Below are positions 57,999-64,000 of a stretch of 64,000 bases of DNA, in pieces. How positions within the stretch are numbered: position 1 is the stretch's first letter; every line of letters starts with the position of its first letter. Made by a program: the position numbers and the translations under genes. Below the pieces are notes generated by a model. It was given only the letters and a program-made list of their open reading frames with translations. It searched no databases and was not told where the DNA came from. Origin of the DNA: an uncultured Merdimonas sp. (GTDB lineage: Bacteria > Bacillota > Clostridia > Lachnospirales > Lachnospiraceae); the NCBI GenBank assembly GCA_944375725.1, contig CALWAZ010000090.1:4342-68341 (forward strand), given 5' to 3'.

Positions 57999-59026
57999 CA
58001 GCAGCGCTCAGCTATCTCATACAGCAGTCTCTCGGAATCCTCCCAGCCCAGGCAGGGATCCGTGATGGATTTGCCGTATACATGATCGTGGATTCCCTGG
58101 CAGCCTTCCTCGATATAGCTTTCGATCATGACGCCTTTTACCAGACGGCGGATGTCCTCGGAGTAGGAGCGGCTGTGCAGCACTTCCTTGACGATACGGA
58201 TCTGCTCTTTAAACTGCTTGTTGGAATTGTTGTGGTTTGCGTCTACGATGCAGGCCGGATTCTTCAGCTCTCTGGCGTTGTAGAGGTCCAGAAGATGACG
58301 CAGGTTCTCGTAGTGGTAATTGGGCAGGGATACGCCCCGCTCGTTTACGGCTCCGCGCAGAACGGTGTGGGCCAGGTCATTTCCGGTGGTCTGCACATCC
58401 CAGTTGCGGTAGATGAAGGAATGGCCGTGCTGGGCCGCGTAGACGGAATTCAGCATGACGGTCAGGTCTCCGCTGGTGGGGTTTTTCATTCCGGTGGGCA
58501 CATCGATTCCGCTGGCTACCAGGCGGTGCTGCTGGTTTTCCACGGAACGGGCGCCCACAGCGATATAGGACAGAAAATCCATGACATAGCGCAGATTTTC
58601 CGGGTAAAGCATTTCATCGGCGGCAGTCAGGCCGCTTTCTTCGATGGCCCGGATATGCATATGGCGCAGCGCGATGATGCCGGCCAGAGGATCGGGCTTT
58701 TTCTCAGGATCGGGCTGATGCATGATGCCCTTGTATCCTTCCCCCGTGGTACGGGGTTTGTTTGTGTAAATTCGGGGAATGATCAGAACCTTGTCCTTGA
58801 TTTTTTCCTGTACCGGGACAAGGCGTCTTACGTAATCGCAGACAGCCTCTTCGTTATCGGCCGAACAGGGTCCGATGATAACGAGAAATTTATCAGATTC
58901 ACCGGTAAATACCCTGCGGATTTCCTTATCGCGTTCTTCTTTTATCTTAGCCACATGAGGGGGGACCGGGTAGAGCTCACGGGTCTCCTGAGGTGTGGGC
59001 AGCTTCTGTATGAAATCAAATGCCAT
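57998..59026 (-). CDS. DAHP synthase (class I-alpha, AroF/G/H type)
   Basis: IIGPCS, KPRTT..GYKG, VGARS.E.Q.HR, DANH.NS, GKSITDPC. Confidence 0.93.
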   Translation of the reverse strand: MAFDFIQKLPTPQETRELYPVPPHVAKIKEERDKEIRRVFTGESDKFLVIIGPCSADNEEAVCDYVRRLVPVQEKIKDKVLIIPRIYTNKPRTTGEGYKGIMHQPDPEKKPDPLAGIIALRHMHIRAIEESGLTAADEMLYPENLRYVMDFLSYIAVGARSVENQQHRLVASGIDVPTGMKNPTSGDLTVMLNSVYAAQHGHSFIYRNWDVQTTGNDLAHTVLRGAVNERGVSLPNYHYENLRHLLDLYNARELKNPACIVDANHNNSNKQFKEQIRIVKEVLHSRSYSEDIRRLVKGVMIESYIEEGCQGIHDHVYGKSITDPCLGWEDSERLLYEIAERC

Positions 59027-59183
59027 TTCTCTGTACTCCTTACCTGTTGTATATTTTGTATATATTATAAATGACTCCCACGGCAGGTCTGCGGACCTCC
59101 TGTTCCGAAAACCTACGGTATTTATAATAATACAGGAATCCTGAAAAGTCACGCATATTTTTTGGAAGCACAGAGAATTTATA

Positions 59184-60524
59184 TCAGGAAGTCCGGGCCC
59201 TGCCGGGCTGCAGAAACTCTTTCAGGGCGTTCAGGTTCATCAGGGCGACCAGAAGCTGATTGGCGAGCAGTCCCCAGAGGTAGCCCTGGATTCCGGTCCT
59301 GGGCACGAAGAGCAGGATGAAAATAATCCGGATCATGATGCCGGTCAGGTTGTTGAAAAAGCCGGCGCCTGTTTTCCCGAGGCCGTTCAGAATACTGTGC
59401 AGAGTTCCGTTCAGGTACAAAAACGGACAGATCCAGGCAAGGGTAATGATGAAATCTCCGGCCATTTCACTGTTGAAAAAGAAGCGGCCGAGAAATTTTC
59501 CGGTAAGCAGGAACAGGAGCATGAAGGCGGTTCCCAGAAACAGACAGAAGGAAAAGGTCTTCCGGATGGTCCGCTGGAGCTGTTCCCCGCGGCCTGCGGC
59601 CTGGGACTCGGAGACTGTGGGCAGCAGCATGACAGAAACGGCGTTTGTCAGTACGTTGGGAAAGAGAATAAAGGACATGGACATACCGGTAAGGGTTCCG
59701 TATACGCTTAAGGCCCGCTCCGTGTCCAGACCGTACTGCTGCAGGGTAAAGGGAATGAGAATGGCTTCCGCGCTGGACAGAAGGTTCATGCAGACCCGGT
59801 TTCCGGTGACAGGAGCCGCTGTGAGCAGCATGTCTTTGGCAAGAAGACGCAGAGAATAGTTCCGTTTTCCGGTCCGGCGGTCCGGCCTGCGTTCGGTGGA
59901 GACGGCAAAAATTCCGAACAGCATAGAGGAGGCTTCGCCCAATACCAGGCCGATGACAGCCGCGGCCGGTGTGAGACTTCGGCCCTCTGAGACTGCGATC
60001 CGGTAAATGAGAAAGACCGCGCCTACCCGGACCAGCTGTTCCGCCAGATGGGCGGCGGCCGGAATCCCGGCCCGGCGCAGCCCGTAGAAATAACCGGTAA
60101 TGCAGGAATAGCAGGCGCCGAAGGGCACGGTGGCAGACATGATGCGCAGCAGAGAGGCGCAGCGGGCTTCATGAAGAAGCCGCGCGGCGATAAAGTCTGC
60201 CTGCGTGTAAAGCAGCAGGACAGCCAGAAAGGACAGGGAGAGGGACAGAACGAGGCCGATGTGCAGGACCGAGCGGGCGCGCCTGCGGTTTCCCTTTGCG
60301 GCCTCTGTAGACACAAAACGGGTAACGGCGATTTCGATTCCGGAGGTGGTCAGCGCATAGCAGACTCCATATACGGGAAAAATCATCTGGTAAATGCCGA
60401 TGCCTTCAGCACCGATGGTCCGGCTTAGGAATATCTTATAAAAAAAGCCGATGAAACGCGTGACAATGCCTGTGGCTGTCAGGATCAGCGTTCCGGCTAT
60501 CAGGGGATGCTTCTGCTTTTTCAT
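59184..60524 (-). CDS. SpoVB/MurJ-like polysaccharide flippase
   Basis: GT.IL...R..GF.Y.I.LSR.IGAEG.G.YQ; many TM segments. Confidence 0.82.
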   Translation of the reverse strand: MKKQKHPLIAGTLILTATGIVTRFIGFFYKIFLSRTIGAEGIGIYQMIFPVYGVCYALTTSGIEIAVTRFVSTEAAKGNRRRARSVLHIGLVLSLSLSFLAVLLLYTQADFIAARLLHEARCASLLRIMSATVPFGACYSCITGYFYGLRRAGIPAAAHLAEQLVRVGAVFLIYRIAVSEGRSLTPAAAVIGLVLGEASSMLFGIFAVSTERRPDRRTGKRNYSLRLLAKDMLLTAAPVTGNRVCMNLLSSAEAILIPFTLQQYGLDTERALSVYGTLTGMSMSFILFPNVLTNAVSVMLLPTVSESQAAGRGEQLQRTIRKTFSFCLFLGTAFMLLFLLTGKFLGRFFFNSEMAGDFIITLAWICPFLYLNGTLHSILNGLGKTGAGFFNNLTGIMIRIIFILLFVPRTGIQGYLWGLLANQLLVALMNLNALKEFLQPGRARTS

Positions 60525-60577
60525 GATGTCTGCTCCTGTGCATGGCGGTACTGTTTAAATATATTCCGGGAACAGAC

Positions 60578-60640
60578 TTGACAGAACAGGGGATGCATGG
60601 TATCATCCAATTAAATCCGATAAAAACACTCGGAATTAAT
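60578..60640 (+). promoter_or_regulatory. Promoter and Rrf2 operator of the isc operon
   Basis: TTGACA-17-TATCAT (extended TG), then the palindrome TCCGA-N9-TCGGA with AT-rich flanks. Confidence 0.68.
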
Positions 60641-60654
60641 CGTGAGGTGAGAAT

Positions 60655-61113
60655 ATGAAGCTGTCAACAAAAGGAAGATATGGACTCCGGGCTCTGATTG
60701 ATCTGGCCCTTTACAGTGAGAACGAGGCGGTCTCCATCGCCAGCATTTCCGCAAGGCAGCAGATTTCGGAAAGCTATCTGGAACAGCTTATCGCAAAACT
60801 CCGGAAGGCCGGCCTGGTGTCGAGCGTACGCGGCGCAGGCGGCGGATATAAGCTGGCAAAGCCGGCTTCGGAAATCTCCGTGGGAGATATTTTAAGGGCT
60901 CTGGAGGGCAGTCTGGATGCCGTAAAGTGTCCGGGACTGGAGGAAGACGGATTCTGTGAGGGCTCCGAATACTGCGTAACGAAATATGTGTGGCAGAAGA
61001 TCAATGACAGCATCAACCGCACAGTGGATGAGATCCGGCTGGACCGGCTCATTGAGGAGAGCAGAAAAATGAAAGATGAGGCAGGAACGGTAGGCTCCTG
61101 CTGTGTCAATTAA
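60655..61113 (+). CDS. iscR: Rrf2-family regulator (IscR-like)
   Basis: STKGRYGLRA, SYLEQL, SVRGAGGGY, three Cys residues. Confidence 0.85.
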   Translation: MKLSTKGRYGLRALIDLALYSENEAVSIASISARQQISESYLEQLIAKLRKAGLVSSVRGAGGGYKLAKPASEISVGDILRALEGSLDAVKCPGLEEDGFCEGSEYCVTKYVWQKINDSINRTVDEIRLDRLIEESRKMKDEAGTVGSCCVN

Positions 61114-61137
61114 TAGGACGGATAGGAGACAGAATAG

Positions 61138-62319
61138 ATGAAAAAACTGATTTATCTTGATAACGCGGCTACGACGAAGACTGCGCCTGAGGTTGTGGAG
61201 GCCATGCTGCCGTATTTTTCGGAAGCCTATGGAAACCCCTCCAGCATCTACAGCCTGGCAGGCGAGAGCAAGAAGGCCATTGATGAGGCCAGAGAGACCA
61301 TTGCGGAAGCTCTGGGCGCCCAGCCGGAGGAGATTTATTTTACAGCCGGCGGAACAGAAAGCGACAACTGGGCTCTGAAGGCCGCGGCAGAGTTTTACAG
61401 AAAAAAGGGAAACCATATCATTACCACAAAGATTGAGCATCACGCCATTCTGCACAGCTGCCAGTGGCTGGAAAAACAGGGCTTTGAGGTGACCTATCTG
61501 GATGTGGATGAGAATGGCGTGGTAAAGCTGGAAGAACTGAAAAAGGCCATCCGGCCTGCCACCATTCTGATTTCAGTAATGTTTGCCAATAATGAGATCG
61601 GAACCATTCAGCCCATCCGGGAAATCGGGGAAATCGCCCATGAAAAGGGAATTCTGTTCCATACAGACGCGGTACAGGCTTTCGGCCAGCTGCCGATCCA
61701 TGTAGATGATTTCCATATCGATATGCTCAGCGCCAGCGGACATAAACTGAACGGGCCCAAGGGCATCGGTTTTCTCTATATCCGCAAAGGGGTCAAGATC
61801 CGCTCCTTTATCCATGGCGGAGCCCAGGAGAGAAAGCGCCGGGCGGGCACGGAAAATGTACCGGGCATCGTGGGCCTTGGAAAAGCTGTGGAGCGCGCGG
61901 TGGGAACTATGAAGGAACGCACGGACAGGGAGAGAGAGCTTCGGGATTACCTGATCCAGAGAGTGCTCAGCGAGATCCCCTATACCCGTCTGAACGGCCA
62001 CCGGAATTTACGTCTTCCCAACAACGCCAATTTCAGTTTTCAGTTTATTGAGGGAGAATCCCTGCTGATTATGCTGGATATGGAGGGAATCTGCGCGTCT
62101 TCCGGCTCTGCCTGCACCTCCGGCTCCCTGGATCCCTCTCATGTGCTTCTGGCCATCGGCCTGCCTCATGAGATAGCCCACGGCTCTCTCAGGCTGACCC
62201 TGAATGAGGAGATCACGAAGGAGGATCTGGATTTCGTAGTGGATACTCTGAAAAAAATAGTGGAGCGGCTCCGCAGCATGTCGCCCCTTTATGAGGATTT
62301 TGTAAAAAAGGCACGGTAA
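61138..62319 (+). CDS. iscS: Cysteine desulfurase
   Basis: YLDNAATT, HTDAVQ, SGHK..GPKG, SSGSACTS. Confidence 0.95.
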   Translation: MKKLIYLDNAATTKTAPEVVEAMLPYFSEAYGNPSSIYSLAGESKKAIDEARETIAEALGAQPEEIYFTAGGTESDNWALKAAAEFYRKKGNHIITTKIEHHAILHSCQWLEKQGFEVTYLDVDENGVVKLEELKKAIRPATILISVMFANNEIGTIQPIREIGEIAHEKGILFHTDAVQAFGQLPIHVDDFHIDMLSASGHKLNGPKGIGFLYIRKGVKIRSFIHGGAQERKRRAGTENVPGIVGLGKAVERAVGTMKERTDRERELRDYLIQRVLSEIPYTRLNGHRNLRLPNNANFSFQFIEGESLLIMLDMEGICASSGSACTSGSLDPSHVLLAIGLPHEIAHGSLRLTLNEEITKEDLDFVVDTLKKIVERLRSMSPLYEDFVKKAR

Positions 62320-62392
62320 AAACGCGCGGTAAAAAACTGCGGCAATGGAGAGCGCGAAAACGCGCGGAAACTCAGAGAAGAGGAGAAAAGCT

Positions 62393-62833
62393 ATGTACAG
62401 TGAGAAAGTAATGGACCATTTTCAGCATCCCCGGAATATGGGAGAGATAGAGAACGCCAGCGGTGTAGGAACCGTGGGAAACGCCAAGTGCGGCGACATC
62501 ATGCGCATGTATCTGGATATTGATGACAACGGCGTGATTCAGGACTGCAGATTCAAGACCTTCGGCTGCGGCGCGGCTGTGGCTACCAGCAGCATGGCTA
62601 CAGAGCTGGTAAAGGGAAAGACCGTTCAGGAGGCTCTGCAGGTGACAAATAAGGCTGTGATGGAGGCTCTGGACGGACTTCCGCCTGTGAAGGTGCACTG
62701 CTCCCTGCTGGCAGAGGAGGCGATCCACGCGGCCCTCTGGGATTACGCGGAGAAGCACGGCATCACCATTGAGGGCCTGAAAAAGCCGAAATCCGATATT
62801 CATGAGGATGAGGAAGAAGAGGAAGAATATTAG
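62393..62833 (+). CDS. iscU: Fe-S cluster scaffold IscU/NifU
   Basis: CGD, FGCG, LPPVKVHCS. Confidence 0.93.
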   Translation: MYSEKVMDHFQHPRNMGEIENASGVGTVGNAKCGDIMRMYLDIDDNGVIQDCRFKTFGCGAAVATSSMATELVKGKTVQEALQVTNKAVMEALDGLPPVKVHCSLLAEEAIHAALWDYAEKHGITIEGLKKPKSDIHEDEEEEEEY

Positions 62834-62860
62834 AAACGTCAGGAGCAGGCTGGAAAGATC

Positions 62861-63952
62861 ATGGGAAAGAAAAAAGCAGTAATTGGAATGTCCGGAGGCG
62901 TGGACTCCTCGGTGGCGGCCTGGCTTTTAAAGGAGCAGGGCTATGAGGTCATCGGGGTGACCATGCAGATCTGGCAGGATGAGGCGGAAGAGGTTCAGGA
63001 GGAAAACGGAGGCTGCTGCGGCCTTTCGGCCGTGGAAGACGCCCGGCGGGTGGCCCGGCAGCTGGATATTCCCTATTATGTAATGAATTTCAGGGAAGAT
63101 TTCAGAAAATCCGTCATCGATTATTTTATCAGGGAGTATCTGGCGGGACGGACGCCGAATCCCTGCATTGCCTGCAACCGCTATGTAAAGTGGGAGGCTC
63201 TGCTGAAGCGCAGCCTGGAGATAGGAGCAGATTATATCGCCACCGGCCATTATGCCCGGGTGGAAAAGCTGCCCGGCGGCCGGTTTGCCATCCGGCAGTC
63301 TGTGACGGCCGCCAAGGATCAGACCTATGCCCTCTACAATCTGACCCAGGAGCAGCTTTCCCATACCCTGATGCCGGTGGGGGAATATTCCAAGGACCAG
63401 ATTCGGGAATTTGCGGAGAAGCTGGACCTCCGCGTGGCTCATAAACCCGACAGCCAGGAGATCTGCTTTGTGCCTGATCAGGACTATGCGGGCTTTATTG
63501 AGCGGACCACGGGGAAACCGTCGCCGGAAGGGAATTTTGTGACAGCGGACGGCCAGATACTGGGCCGCCACAAGGGAATCATTCATTACACCATCGGGCA
63601 GAGGAGAGGCCTGGGGCTTCCCATGGGACGCCGGGTGGTAGTGACAGAAATCCGCCCGGAGACCAATGAGGTGGTGATCGGCGAGCAGGAAGACGTGTTT
63701 ACGAAAGTACTGTACGCGGACAGGCTCAATTATATGGCGGAGCCGTTTTTTGAAAGCGGACGCCGGGCCACGGCAAAGATCCGTTACAACCACCGGGGAT
63801 CCGCCTGTGCCATTTATCCGGAGGGACCGGACCGGGTGCGGGTGGAATTTGATGAGCCGGTGCGGGCCGTGACGCCGGGACAGGCTGTGGTCTTTTACGA
63901 CGGAGACTATGTGCTGGGCGGCGGCACGATTCTTTCGGGCAGCCGGTTATAA
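62861..63952 (+). CDS. mnmA: tRNA 2-thiouridylase MnmA
   Basis: SGGVDS, TPNPCIACN, TGHYA, KDQTY, SQEICF, PGQ. Confidence 0.96.
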   Translation: MGKKKAVIGMSGGVDSSVAAWLLKEQGYEVIGVTMQIWQDEAEEVQEENGGCCGLSAVEDARRVARQLDIPYYVMNFREDFRKSVIDYFIREYLAGRTPNPCIACNRYVKWEALLKRSLEIGADYIATGHYARVEKLPGGRFAIRQSVTAAKDQTYALYNLTQEQLSHTLMPVGEYSKDQIREFAEKLDLRVAHKPDSQEICFVPDQDYAGFIERTTGKPSPEGNFVTADGQILGRHKGIIHYTIGQRRGLGLPMGRRVVVTEIRPETNEVVIGEQEDVFTKVLYADRLNYMAEPFFESGRRATAKIRYNHRGSACAIYPEGPDRVRVEFDEPVRAVTPGQAVVFYDGDYVLGGGTILSGSRL

Positions 63953-64000
63953 GGAAAGTTATAGGGGAATAAACTCCGGTTTCCGCTCCCGGAATATCGT

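Noticed and set aside
62305-62372. Short AAAACGCGCGG repeats between iscS and iscU
   Set aside because: Only two or three degenerate copies with no regular spacing; likely local slippage.

Overview
A 64-kb chromosomal segment from a moderately GC-rich, spore-forming Clostridia genome (Lachnospiraceae-like, judged from gene order and proteins). It is mostly core genes: rqcH, yloC-gmk-rpoZ, nagB, rarA, argH, asd, recA-recX, xpt, rny, proC, spoIIM-xerD, a DAHP synthase gene, and rrf2-iscS-iscU-mnmA. Accessory loci include two two-component/ABC or peptidase modules, a GntR-ABC operon, CsoR with a P1B ATPase, MarR-MATE, an internally deleted Rpn nuclease gene, and a molybdenum-hydroxylase cluster with a ModE-boxed type II ABC importer and an NTPase-MocA fusion. 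I saw no rRNA, tRNA, CRISPR array, prophage or intact transposase. The most unusual structure is non-coding. Two related long rod-like hairpins (about 165 and 185 nt) lie in inverted orientation between the convergent xerD and DAHP synthase genes. Each abuts a stop codon, and the two copies show compensatory base changes with conserved bulges. A related hairpin inside a 16-bp inverted-repeat element, which encloses overlapping divergent promoters, lies at 8.6-8.8 kb. All family assignments come from motif recognition by eye; no searches were run.
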